A DNA stretch of 45,670 nt from Acidimicrobiaceae bacterium (GTDB lineage Bacteria; Actinomycetota; Acidimicrobiia; Acidimicrobiales; JACDCH01). The stretch spans positions 1-45,670 of the forward strand of contig JBEEFX010000313.1 in assembly GCA_041166365.1 (NCBI GenBank), in the 5' to 3' direction. The notes below the pieces were generated by a model. That model saw only the letters and a program-made list of their open reading frames with translations, was not told the origin of the DNA and did no database searches. Position numbers and translations under genes: made by a program. Shown piece after piece: positions 8,133 to 16,799 of this stretch; the stretch's first letter is position 1; the number at the start of each line of letters is the position of its first letter.

Positions 8133-9308
8133 GTGGCCGAAGGGCAACCCCACTTCACGATCGCCGGCATTCCCATTCGCATCGAGTGGTCGTTCTGGCT
8201 GATCGCCGTGTTCCTCGGTTACCGCGCCCGGACCGGGTGGCTGCTCGCGGCGTGGGTGGTCATCGTGCTCGTGTCGATTCTCGTGCACGAGTTGGGGCAC
8301 GCCGTTGCGCTGCGCATCTACCACCAACGTCCCCGTGTCGTGCTCCACGCCTTCGGTGGGCTGACGTACGGCAGCGCCGCCTACCGCTCGCGCGCGCAGT
8401 CGATCGTGGTCAGCGCGGCCGGCCCGCTGACCGCGATCGTGTTGCTCGGCGTTCCGGCCTACCTCTACCTCGACCCGATCTGGCAGTTCACGGACTACGA
8501 CCGCTACGTCATCGTCAACGACCTCGCGTGGGTCAACATCGCGTGGTCGATCGTGAACCTGCTTCCGATCCTTCCGCTGGACGGCGGGAACATCGCCGCA
8601 TCGATCTTCGGTCGCCCCACGGCGCGCATGATCTCGATCGTCGTCGCGTTCGCCGCCGCGACGTACTTCTTCACGCAGCAGAACCAGTTCGGCGGGTTCT
8701 TCCTCATGATGTTCGCGATCATGAACTTCGGGTCGTACCAGCAAGAGAAGGCAGGCAACAGGCCGAGCGTGCCGACACCGCAGACCCGCATTGCCCCGCC
8801 GTTGCAATTGGTGCGTCCGGCACCGAAGGGCGATCTGTTCGCCGACGGGTCACGGGCTCTCGCCGAGGGCCGCACGGTGGAAGGCCTCGACGCGCTCGCC
8901 GCGGCCTATGCCGCTCGCCCGTCAGGCCCGCCGAGCCTCACGCCGGCGCAGCAACTCGCGCGTTCGGGGCAGGCGGCCACGCTCGCCTCGCGGCTGCTCG
9001 GCCCCAAGGGCGCCGGCCCTGATGCCGCATCGGGTCTACAGAGCCATCTCCACTATGCGGACTGTTTCCGCGAGTCGGCGGAGGTCGGCGAGCTCGTCTA
9101 CGCCGACGGTCGCGCCAGCCGCGCGCAGACCGCATTCGAGATCGCCTGCGCAACAGCCCGCACGGGCGACAACGATCGTGCGATGGTGTGGATCAAGCGG
9201 GCGATCGACGATGGCTTTCGCGCCGGAACGCTGCTCGACGGCGAGCCCGATCTGGCGCCGCTGCGCATCCGCCCCGACTGGCCGCAGGTGCGCGCGCTGG
9301 CGGACTGA
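8133..9308 (+). CDS. M50-family (site-2 protease-like) membrane metalloprotease with soluble helical C-terminal domain
   Basis: HELGH zinc motif, NLLPILPLDGG motif and several TM segments. The C-terminal ~170 aa are helical and TPR-like. Start set at GTG 8133 (MAEGQPHFTIAGIPIRIEW). TTG 8112 is an alternative. Confidence 0.8.
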   Translation: MAEGQPHFTIAGIPIRIEWSFWLIAVFLGYRARTGWLLAAWVVIVLVSILVHELGHAVALRIYHQRPRVVLHAFGGLTYGSAAYRSRAQSIVVSAAGPLTAIVLLGVPAYLYLDPIWQFTDYDRYVIVNDLAWVNIAWSIVNLLPILPLDGGNIAASIFGRPTARMISIVVAFAAATYFFTQQNQFGGFFLMMFAIMNFGSYQQEKAGNRPSVPTPQTRIAPPLQLVRPAPKGDLFADGSRALAEGRTVEGLDALAAAYAARPSGPPSLTPAQQLARSGQAATLASRLLGPKGAGPDAASGLQSHLHYADCFRESAEVGELVYADGRASRAQTAFEIACATARTGDNDRAMVWIKRAIDDGFRAGTLLDGEPDLAPLRIRPDWPQVRALAD

Positions 9309-9344
9309 ATCCGCTCCGGCGTCGGTGTAGCCCGGTCTACCGCG

Positions 9345-11003
9345 CTACGTGACGCCGGAGCGAGAAGCGATCTCCTTCGCCCAGCGGTAGTCGGCCTTGC
9401 CGGCGGGGGAGCGCACGACCTTGTCGACGAAGATCAACTCCTTCGGCTGCTTGTACCGGGCGATGTGCCTGGCGGATTCCTCGAGCAGGGACGCCTCGAC
9501 GCCTGCGCCGGGGTTCACGCCGTCGCGCAGCTGCACGATGGCGACGACCTCTTGGCCCCACTGCTCACTCGGCCGCCCGCACACCACCGCGTCATAGACG
9601 TCGGGATGATGGCCGAGCGCGGCCTCGACCTCCTCGGCGAAGATCTTCTCGCCGCCGGAGTTGATCGTCACCGAGTCACGGCCGAGCATCTCCACGGTGC
9701 CGTCCACCCGTTGACGCCCGCGGTCGCCGGGGATCGAGTACCGCACGCCGTCGATGATCGGAAACGTGCGTGCGCTCTTCTCGGGATCGCCGAGGTAGCC
9801 CAGCGGGACGTGACCGCGCATCGCCACCCAGCCGACGTCCTCCGAGCCGGGCTCGAGGATCCGCGTCATGTCCTCACTCACGATGCACGTCCCCGGCCCC
9901 GGGGTGAACGTGCCGGTCGTGACATCGCTTCCGGCGGTCGTCACCTGCGTCATCTGGCCGCCGCCCTCCGACGAACCCATGCCGTCGAGCATCATCGCGT
10001 GCGGCACCGCCGCGAGGAACCGTTCCTTCAACGTCGAGTTCAGCGCGGCTCCTCCCGAGAGGATGATGAAGAGCGACGACAAGTCGTACGACCCCATCTC
10101 GATCTCGTCGAGGATCGGTCGCGCGAACGCGTCGCCGACGATCTGGAGGAACGAGATCTTCTCCCGCTCGACGATCGAGAGAACGTCCTTCGGGTCGAGC
10201 CGACGGACCTCGTCCTGGATGACGACGGTGTTGCCGCCGTTCATCGCGAGGAAGGCGATCCAGTGACCGGCGCCGTGCATGAATGGCGCCGCGGGCATCA
10301 CCCGCATGGAACCGCCCTTGGCCGCCTCGACGACGGACTCGAGCGATTCGTGCGGGGTGCCGGCTACGGCACCGCCCATCACCGACACGAAGATGTCGTG
10401 CTGCCGCCACAGCACGCCCTTCGGCATCCCGGTGGTGCCGCCGGTGTACAGGATGTAGAGGTCGTCGGGTGACCAGCTCGCAGCCGCCGCGGGCGGTTCC
10501 GCCGAGGCCGCGGCGAGCGCTTCCTCGTACCACCGTGCGCCCGGCAGCAGGCCGTTGCCCGACTCGTCGTCGACTTGGAGCAGCACGGTGAGCTGCGGCA
10601 GATCGGGCAGCACCTCGGCGAGCGTCGGCGCGAAGTGCGAGTGGTACACGATCGCCTTCGCCTGACTGTTGTCGAGGAGATACCGGAGCTCCTCGGCGAC
10701 ATATCGGTAGTTGACGTTCACCGGGCCGAGACGGGCCTTGAACGCGCCCACCATCGCTTCGAGATACTCATTGCCGTTGTAGCAGTAGATGGCGAGGTGG
10801 TCTTCGTGTGACTCGTGGCCCGCGAGCCCTGCTCGTCCCTCCGGGCGCGCACCGAGACCGGCGCCGGCGAGCACATTCGCCAGCCGCCGCGTGCGATCGG
10901 TGACGTCGGCCCACGACAGCCGCCGATCACGAAAGACGATGCACTCGCGATCGGGAATGGCGGCGGCGATCGCCTCGTGCACTTGAGCGAGGTTGTACTC
11001 CAT
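9345..11003 (-). CDS. AMP-dependent acyl-CoA synthetase (FadD-like)
   Basis: YTGGTTGMPKGVLW, GSSEGG, GDRG and GGEKIFAEEVE motifs. ATG 11003 (MEYNLAQVHEA). The 1100-aa ORF in the track is read-through of the same frame across the next gene. Confidence 0.85.
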   Translation of the reverse strand: MEYNLAQVHEAIAAAIPDRECIVFRDRRLSWADVTDRTRRLANVLAGAGLGARPEGRAGLAGHESHEDHLAIYCYNGNEYLEAMVGAFKARLGPVNVNYRYVAEELRYLLDNSQAKAIVYHSHFAPTLAEVLPDLPQLTVLLQVDDESGNGLLPGARWYEEALAAASAEPPAAAASWSPDDLYILYTGGTTGMPKGVLWRQHDIFVSVMGGAVAGTPHESLESVVEAAKGGSMRVMPAAPFMHGAGHWIAFLAMNGGNTVVIQDEVRRLDPKDVLSIVEREKISFLQIVGDAFARPILDEIEMGSYDLSSLFIILSGGAALNSTLKERFLAAVPHAMMLDGMGSSEGGGQMTQVTTAGSDVTTGTFTPGPGTCIVSEDMTRILEPGSEDVGWVAMRGHVPLGYLGDPEKSARTFPIIDGVRYSIPGDRGRQRVDGTVEMLGRDSVTINSGGEKIFAEEVEAALGHHPDVYDAVVCGRPSEQWGQEVVAIVQLRDGVNPGAGVEASLLEESARHIARYKQPKELIFVDKVVRSPAGKADYRWAKEIASRSGVT

Positions 11004-11011
11004 CGTCGGCG

Positions 11012-11017
11012 AAGCTA
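11012..11017 (-). promoter_or_regulatory. Putative -10 (TAGCTT) for the acyl-CoA synthetase gene, overlapping the upstream TAG stop
   Basis: On the minus strand TAGCTT sits 8 nt before ATG 11003. Its TAG is the stop codon of the peptidase gene. Confidence 0.35.
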
Positions 11018-12520
11018 GTTGCTGCAGACCTTGCCCTCGGGAGGCAGCGTGAGGTCGGTGAAGTACGCCGCCTCCGCGTCCGCGGCGCAGGTGCTCTTGC
11101 CGTACGCCGCGTGCCCGGAGCCCTCGAAGGTCAACAGCCGGCCGCTGTGCAAGGTCGCCGCCACGTTGACCGCTTGCTCGTAAGGGGTTGCCGCGTCCCC
11201 TGTCGTGCCGATGACGAGGATCGGCGGCGCACCGGACGCGACCACCGGGCCGACGATGTTGTGGACCGGAGCCGGCCAGAACGCGCAGGGCAGCAACTCG
11301 TTGGCGATCGCGCCGCCGAAGCGCGGTGACAGCGCCTCGAGCTCTTCGGCGAAGGCTCGGTACTCGTCGGAGCCGACGGGATGTGCCGAGTCGATGCACT
11401 CGACGGCGGCGTACAGCGTGAACTTCACGGAACCCTCGTAGGCGGCCGACAACCGCAGCATGGCTGAGCCGTCGCCGCCGAGCGCCCTCTTGATGGCGTC
11501 GTAGAAGTCGGGCACCGCCGACGGCTCGTAGGTCGGGAGCAGCGCCGCGGTCGGCAGCTCCGACGGGCCGAGGGCCTTGCCTCCGGATGCAGGAATGGGG
11601 GCGGCTTCGACGCGTCGAGCCACCTCGTCGTAGCCCGCGGCCGCCCCTCCGGCCGGGCAGCCGCGGCCGCCGTCGGGGCAGGCGTCGAAGATCACGGAGA
11701 TCTGCTTCTCGAACGCGATCGTCTGCCGGCGAAGGAACGCTCGAAAGTCCTGGTTCGGATCGACGACGCCGTCGATCGCGATGGCGCGCGCTCGTTGTGG
11801 GAACAGCTCGGCGTACCGCAATCCCAGCAACGATCCGTAGGAGATGCCGAGGTAGTTGAGCTGGTCCTCGCGGAGCGCTTGGCGGATCGTGTCCATGTCG
11901 CGCACGACGTCGTCGGTGCCGAGATGGGGGAGTAGGTCTCCGGCGTTCGTCCCGCAGTCGTCCGCGACGTCCTTGGCCGCGGCGTCGAGCTCCGCCTGCT
12001 CCGCGGCGTCGTCGGGCGTGGAGTCCACGCGAAGGAACGCGGGCACCGTGCGGTCGCCGCACGGAAGACCCGTGCTCGCTCCGACGCCCCGGGGGTCGAA
12101 TCCGACGATGTCGAAGCGATCTTGGAGCGACGTGGGCAGGTCGATCCCGCCGGCAACGAACTGGAGGCCCGAACCACCCGGTCCGCCGGGATTGACGAGC
12201 AGCGATCCGATCCGGTCGTTCGGTCGCCGGGCCGGCAGCTCGTTGAGCGACAGCTCGATCGTCGGCCCGCTCGGATCGGCGTAGTCGAGGGGCACGTTCA
12301 GCGTGGCGCACCTCAATCGGCTGCCGCAGCTCGACCACACGACGGGCTCGGGGACGAACGACGACGACGGCGCCGCGCTCGACGTCGACAGGACGCTGGT
12401 GGTCGTCGCGGTGGTCGTTGTCCTCGAGACCGACGACGCGACGTCGCCGACCAGCGTCGTGCACGCGGTGACCAGCACCATCGCCGAGGCGAACAGCGCG
12501 ACGAGGGCACGGCGGGGCAC
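11015..12520 (-). CDS. secreted lipoprotein, alpha/beta-hydrolase peptidase of the Tap (tripeptidyl aminopeptidase, S33) type
   Basis: Signal peptide with lipobox (ALFASAMVLVTAC), then a Thr/Ser-rich linker. LVNPGGPGGSG, FDIVGFDPRGVG and GISYGS (nucleophile) motifs, and a C-terminal Cys-containing domain. GTG 12520. Confidence 0.75.
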   Translation of the reverse strand: MPRRALVALFASAMVLVTACTTLVGDVASSVSRTTTTATTTSVLSTSSAAPSSSFVPEPVVWSSCGSRLRCATLNVPLDYADPSGPTIELSLNELPARRPNDRIGSLLVNPGGPGGSGLQFVAGGIDLPTSLQDRFDIVGFDPRGVGASTGLPCGDRTVPAFLRVDSTPDDAAEQAELDAAAKDVADDCGTNAGDLLPHLGTDDVVRDMDTIRQALREDQLNYLGISYGSLLGLRYAELFPQRARAIAIDGVVDPNQDFRAFLRRQTIAFEKQISVIFDACPDGGRGCPAGGAAAGYDEVARRVEAAPIPASGGKALGPSELPTAALLPTYEPSAVPDFYDAIKRALGGDGSAMLRLSAAYEGSVKFTLYAAVECIDSAHPVGSDEYRAFAEELEALSPRFGGAIANELLPCAFWPAPVHNIVGPVVASGAPPILVIGTTGDAATPYEQAVNVAATLHSGRLLTFEGSGHAAYGKSTCAADAEAAYFTDLTLPPEGKVCSN

Positions 12521-12526
12521 CGGGGG

Positions 12527-12532
12527 ATGGTA
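12527..12532 (-). promoter_or_regulatory. Putative -10 (TACCAT) for the leaderless Tap-like peptidase gene
   Basis: On the minus strand TACCAT sits 6 nt before GTG 12520. Confidence 0.35.
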
Positions 12533-12599
12533 AGAGCAGCCTGCGCATGCCGGCGTAAAAGGTGATCCCGCACGTCGGTGCACCCGCTACACCTTTCCC

Positions 12600-13436
12600 A
12601 TGGGGAACCTGGCGGCGGACACTGCGGTCGAGCAGGTCGACGAGCATCGCTATCGCGCTTCGCTCAGCGAGGACTGGGAGATCTGGGGGCCGATGGGCGG
12701 CTACATCGCGAGCTGTGCGCTACGCGCGGTCGCGCAGGAGAGCGCGTTCCCGAGGCCGGCGAGCTTCTCGTGCCACTACTTGTCCGTGGCCGCCTTCGAG
12801 GACGTCGACATCGTGGTCACGCCGCTGCGCACGTCGCGCGTCGCCGGCTCGTACCGGGCGGAGATCCTGCAAGGTGACCGGCGCATCCTCGAAGCCACTG
12901 CGTGGGCGATTGCAGATGGGGTCGAAGCGCTCGAGCACGACGACGCCGTCGCGCCCGACGTGGCCGGACCGGACGGCCTGAAGAACGTCGCGGAGTACTT
13001 CGCCGATCAGCCCGATGACCCCGGCCCGCCGTTCCCGTTCTGGGACAACTTCGAATGCCGGCCCCTCGACTTCCGGAAGGAGTGGCCACCGGCGGAACCG
13101 TTGGAGCCGATCTGGCAGCAGTGGGTCCGCTTCCTCGAAGGCGACTACTCCGATCCGTGGGTCGATGCGTGCCGCGCGCTCGTGCTGGTCGACGTGCAGA
13201 GCTGGCCGGCGGCGAGCCGCCCGCACACGTACAAGCAGCGACCCATCTACGCGCCGAGCCTCGACCTGTACGTCGCGCTCCATCGGACGTCGCCGAGCGA
13301 GTGGTTGCTCACCGACGGGTACTCCGCGGTCGGCGAAGGCGGGTTGCTCGGATGGACCGGCCGGCTGTGGGATGTCGATCGTCGGTTGATCGCGTCCGGC
13401 GCGGGCCAACTGCTGTGCCGCCCGATGCGGGCGTAG
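12600..13436 (+). CDS. acyl-CoA thioesterase II-like double hotdog protein
   Basis: The GPMGGYIASCALRA region and ~280-aa two-domain layout are typical of TesB-like thioesterases. Confidence 0.6.
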   Translation: MGNLAADTAVEQVDEHRYRASLSEDWEIWGPMGGYIASCALRAVAQESAFPRPASFSCHYLSVAAFEDVDIVVTPLRTSRVAGSYRAEILQGDRRILEATAWAIADGVEALEHDDAVAPDVAGPDGLKNVAEYFADQPDDPGPPFPFWDNFECRPLDFRKEWPPAEPLEPIWQQWVRFLEGDYSDPWVDACRALVLVDVQSWPAASRPHTYKQRPIYAPSLDLYVALHRTSPSEWLLTDGYSAVGEGGLLGWTGRLWDVDRRLIASGAGQLLCRPMRA

Positions 13437-13439
13437 CCG

Positions 13440-13895
13440 CTACTCGTAGTACCGGTACACGACCTGGGCGACGCAGCTGGGCTTCGGTGCGCCCTCGACT
13501 TCGATCGTCGCGGTGATGGTGGCCTGCACGCCGCCGGCGACATCGTCGACCGACTCGATCGCGGCGCCGCACCGGACCTTCGACCCGACGGGCACCGGTG
13601 ACGGGAAGCGCACCTTCTCGCATCCGTAGTTCACACCCATGCTGATGCCCTCGACTTGCATGATCGTCGGCAGGAAGAAGGGAACGAGCGAAAGTGTGAG
13701 ATAGCCGTGCGCGATGGGCCGGCCGAACGGACCGGTCTTGGCTCGCTCCGGGTCGACATGGATCCACTGATGGTCGCCCGTGGCGTCGGCGAAGAGGTTG
13801 ATCTGCTCCTGCGTGACCTCGTGCCAGTCGCTGTAGCCGATGTGTTCGCCGACGAGCTCCTTGAGCCCCTGCACTCCTTTGACGGTGAGCGTCAC
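13440..13895 (-). CDS. MaoC-like (R)-specific enoyl-CoA hydratase/dehydratase
   Basis: FADATGDHQWIHVDPERA..GPFG.PIAHGYLTL hotdog motif. GTG 13895 overlaps the upstream stop (GTGA). Confidence 0.85.
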   Translation of the reverse strand: MTLTVKGVQGLKELVGEHIGYSDWHEVTQEQINLFADATGDHQWIHVDPERAKTGPFGRPIAHGYLTLSLVPFFLPTIMQVEGISMGVNYGCEKVRFPSPVPVGSKVRCGAAIESVDDVAGGVQATITATIEVEGAPKPSCVAQVVYRYYE

Positions 13896-14245
13896 TTGAA
13901 CCAGATCCTTTCGTACTCACGAGACTGCCGGTGCAACAACAAGACCACGAGCGCGACCTCGAACATCAACTCGATGATGCCCACGCTGAAGACATGGGCG
14001 AGATCGACCGTGGCGACGCGGTACACGAAGGGGAAGATCGCCACGAGGAGACCGAGGCCGTAGCCCCACTTCTGCTCGTTGGCGATGCCGTAGCCTGCCG
14101 CGACTCCGCCGACGACGACCACCAGGCCGTCGACGTAGACGAAACCACCGAACAGCAAGGTCATGACGGCTTGGGCGTAGAGCAGGAACACCGCGATCTG
14201 CAGCGTCTGGGGCTGCGATGGGTCGATCCACCGGCGCGTCTGCAT
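13892..14245 (-). CDS. small integral membrane protein (3-4 TM), unknown function
   Basis: MQTRRWIDPSQPQTLQIAVFLLYAQAVMTLLFGG... is hydrophobic throughout and translationally coupled to the MaoC gene. Start uncertain (ATG 14245 or 14257). Confidence 0.55.
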   Translation of the reverse strand: MQTRRWIDPSQPQTLQIAVFLLYAQAVMTLLFGGFVYVDGLVVVVGGVAAGYGIANEQKWGYGLGLLVAIFPFVYRVATVDLAHVFSVGIIELMFEVALVVLLLHRQSREYERIWFK

Positions 14246-14996
14246 GGCTGACAGCATTGCAGGTGTCGTACTGGGTGCAGGTGCCGGCCTCCGCCTCAGG
14301 CCGCTGACCCTCCTGTGTCCGAAGGTGCTGTGTCCGGTGGGCGATCGCGCGCTGGTGGACCACGCGCTCGAGCGCTTCTCGGGGGTGACCACCGCGCTTG
14401 CGGTGAACGTGCACCATCATCGTTCCCTGCTCGAGTCGCATCTCGCCGGCCGTGTGCACGTGTCCCTCGAAGAAGAAGCGGCGCTCGGCACCGCCGGTGC
14501 CGTGGGTCGGTTGCGTGAGTGGATCGATCACCGCCCGGTGGTCGTCGTGAACGGTGACACGTACTGCCCGTCGTCGGTCGCGCCGCTGCTCGACGGATGG
14601 GACGGCGAACGGATTCGGGTCCTCGTTCCCGCCGGCACGACATTCGGCCCCGGGGCCGAAGTCGCGGGCTGCGTCCTGCCGTGGTCCGAGGTCGTGACGC
14701 TCGCGCCGGTGCCGACGGGTCTCTACGAGCGCTCGTGGTCACGCGCCGCGCAAGAGGCCCGGCTCGAGGTGGTCGAGCTACCGGCGAAGGCGGTGTGCAT
14801 CGACTGCGGCACGCCGGCGCAGTACCTCGCCGCGAACATGCAGTGGTCGGGGGGCGAGTCGGTGATCGGCGCGGGGGCGAGCGTCGAGGGCACGGTCGAC
14901 CAGTGCGTCATCTGGTCGGGCGCGCAGGTTCGCCCGGACGAGCACCTCACGCGGGCCATCCGCGCCCAAGACCACCTCACCGTCCTCGTGAGATGA
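14244..14996 (+). CDS. sugar-phosphate nucleotidyltransferase family protein
   Basis: N-terminal GVVLGAGAGLRLRPLT (GxGxRLxPLT) signature and GTAGAV motif. Confidence 0.7.
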   Translation: MADSIAGVVLGAGAGLRLRPLTLLCPKVLCPVGDRALVDHALERFSGVTTALAVNVHHHRSLLESHLAGRVHVSLEEEAALGTAGAVGRLREWIDHRPVVVVNGDTYCPSSVAPLLDGWDGERIRVLVPAGTTFGPGAEVAGCVLPWSEVVTLAPVPTGLYERSWSRAAQEARLEVVELPAKAVCIDCGTPAQYLAANMQWSGGESVIGAGASVEGTVDQCVIWSGAQVRPDEHLTRAIRAQDHLTVLVR

Positions 14997-16023
14997 CCGG
15001 TTTGCGGATCTCGACGCTGGCGCGGAGTTGGCCGCAGGCGGCGTCGATGTCGGTACCGCGGTTGCGACGGATGGTGGCGTTGATGCCGAGCTCGACGAGC
15101 CGATCGCGGAACGTGCGGACACCTTCGGCCGAGGTGCCGCGTGTCGGCCAGCCCGGTGTCGCGTTCAGGGGAATGAGGTTCACGTGGGCGCGCAGCGGAC
15201 GGGCATACGCCGCCAGCTCGGCGGCGTCGGTGCGGCGATCGTTGACGCCGTCGATCAATGCCCATTCGAAGGACAATCGCCGATTCTTGGCGGCGATGTA
15301 CGCGCGGCAGGCCGCGGCGAGCTTGACCAACGGGTACCGCCGGTTGATCGGAACCAGTTCGCTGCGCAGGTCGTCGTTGGCCGCGTGCAACGACACCGCG
15401 AGATTCACGGGGAGACGTTCGCCTGCCATGCGCTGGATGCCCGGGACGATCCCGATGGTCGACACCGTGAGGTGTCGCGCGGAGATCCCGATGTCGCCCT
15501 GGAGGCGCTCGATCGCCGGCCACAGGTGGTCGTAATTCGCCAGCGGTTCGCCCATGCCCATGAACACCACGTTGGAGACGCGGCCTTCACCGTCTTCCGA
15601 CAACCGCTGCGAGGCCCGGATGACCTGTTCGACGATCTCGCCCGTCGTGAGGTGGCGGTCGAACCCCGCCTGGCCCGTGGCGCAGAACCCGCAGCCCATC
15701 GCGCAGCCCGCTTGCGTGCTCACGCACACCGTCACGCGATCTCGATAGCGCATCAGCACGCTCTCGATGGCCCGGCCGTCGTGCAGTTTCCAGAGTTGCT
15801 TCACCGTGTCGCCGCCATCGCTGACCCGCTCGACCGCCGGCTCCAGCGCGGCGGGAAGCTCCGTGGTCAGGCGAGTGCGCATCGCCTTGGGCAGCTCGGT
15901 CATGGCCTCGAAATCGACGCGGCGGTGGTAGAGCGCATCCCACACCTGTCGTGTTCGGTACGACGGCTCGCCCGCGAGAAGGTCGCCTAACGCGGCGAGA
16001 TCGACGTCGTACCTCGTCTTCAC
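14977..16023 (-). CDS. rlmN: 23S rRNA/tRNA adenine-C2 methyltransferase, radical SAM
   Basis: CVSTQAGCAMGCGFCATGQ (CxxxCxxC), GMGEPL, and the C-terminal ACGQL Cys. GTG 16023. Confidence 0.9.
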   Translation of the reverse strand: MKTRYDVDLAALGDLLAGEPSYRTRQVWDALYHRRVDFEAMTELPKAMRTRLTTELPAALEPAVERVSDGGDTVKQLWKLHDGRAIESVLMRYRDRVTVCVSTQAGCAMGCGFCATGQAGFDRHLTTGEIVEQVIRASQRLSEDGEGRVSNVVFMGMGEPLANYDHLWPAIERLQGDIGISARHLTVSTIGIVPGIQRMAGERLPVNLAVSLHAANDDLRSELVPINRRYPLVKLAAACRAYIAAKNRRLSFEWALIDGVNDRRTDAAELAAYARPLRAHVNLIPLNATPGWPTRGTSAEGVRTFRDRLVELGINATIRRNRGTDIDAACGQLRASVEIRKPVISRGR

Positions 16024-16029
16024 GACTCG

Positions 16030-16036
16030 TAGGCTA
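16030..16036. promoter_or_regulatory. Overlapping divergent -10 hexamers (TAGGCTA) for rlmN and the VIT transporter gene
   Basis: Plus strand: TAGGCT at 16030-16035, 8 nt before ATG 16044. Minus strand: TAGCCT (16036-16031), 7 nt before GTG 16023. The gap between starts is only 20 nt. Confidence 0.45.
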
Positions 16037-16043
16037 CGGAACA

Positions 16044-16799
16044 ATGTCCGATGCCAGCGCCAGGGTGACGCGCCGCAACCGTGATGCCGCACAGATCGCG
16101 CCGCGCCCGGAGCACCATCACCGCGACATCGATCGCGGCACGGCCCGCGCCGCCGTGTTCGGTGTGAGCGACGGGCTCGTCTCCAACGTGTCGCTGATCC
16201 TCGGCGTCGCCGGCGCCAATCCAGGAGCGGGAATCGTGCGGCTCGCGGGCCTCGCGGGGCTCATCGCGGGCGCGGTGTCGATGTCGGCCGGCGAGTACAT
16301 CTCGATGAAGGCGCAGACGGAGTTGTTCGAGCGCGAGCTCGAGCTCGAACGACGCGAGCTGCATCGCAACCCCCACGTCGAGACGGTCGAGCTCACCCAG
16401 ATCTACCAGTCACGCGGTGTCGACCCCGACCGCGCGCGCGAGCTCGCGCAACAGATGATGGCCGACCCCGACATGGCGTTGCAGACGCACGCCCGCGAGG
16501 AGTTGGGCATCGACCCCGAGAAGCTCGGCTCCCCGACCGGCGCGGCGATCTCCTCGTTCATCGCGTTCGCGCTGGGTGCATTCGTGCCGTTGCTGCCGTG
16601 GTTCATCGGATCGGGAACGGCCGCGGTCGTGGCGTCGATCGTGCTCGGCCTTGTCGCCAGCGCGGTGGTCGGCATCTTGCTCGCCCGCTTCACCGGCCGA
16701 TCGGTCGTGTTCTCCGCCGGCCGCCAGCTGGCCATCGCCGTGTTCGCCGCCAGCATCACGTTCCTCGTCGGCAACCTCGTGGGCGTCGGGGTCTCCTAG
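16044..16799 (+). CDS. VIT1/CCC1-family iron/manganese transporter
   Basis: AAVFGVSDGLVSNVSLILGVAGA, SMSAGEYISM and a C-terminal cluster of TM helices. Confidence 0.8.
   Translation: MSDASARVTRRNRDAAQIAPRPEHHHRDIDRGTARAAVFGVSDGLVSNVSLILGVAGANPGAGIVRLAGLAGLIAGAVSMSAGEYISMKAQTELFERELELERRELHRNPHVETVELTQIYQSRGVDPDRARELAQQMMADPDMALQTHAREELGIDPEKLGSPTGAAISSFIAFALGAFVPLLPWFIGSGTAAVVASIVLGLVASAVVGILLARFTGRSVVFSAGRQLAIAVFAASITFLVGNLVGVGVS

Noticed and set aside
9345-12647. An 1100-aa ORF that looks like a giant multidomain protein.
   Set aside because: Only the C-terminal 552 aa (from ATG 11003) look like a protein, an acyl-CoA synthetase. The upstream part is Arg/Gly/Pro-rich read-through in a stop-poor GC-rich frame. 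It overlaps a convincing Tap-like peptidase gene in another frame.
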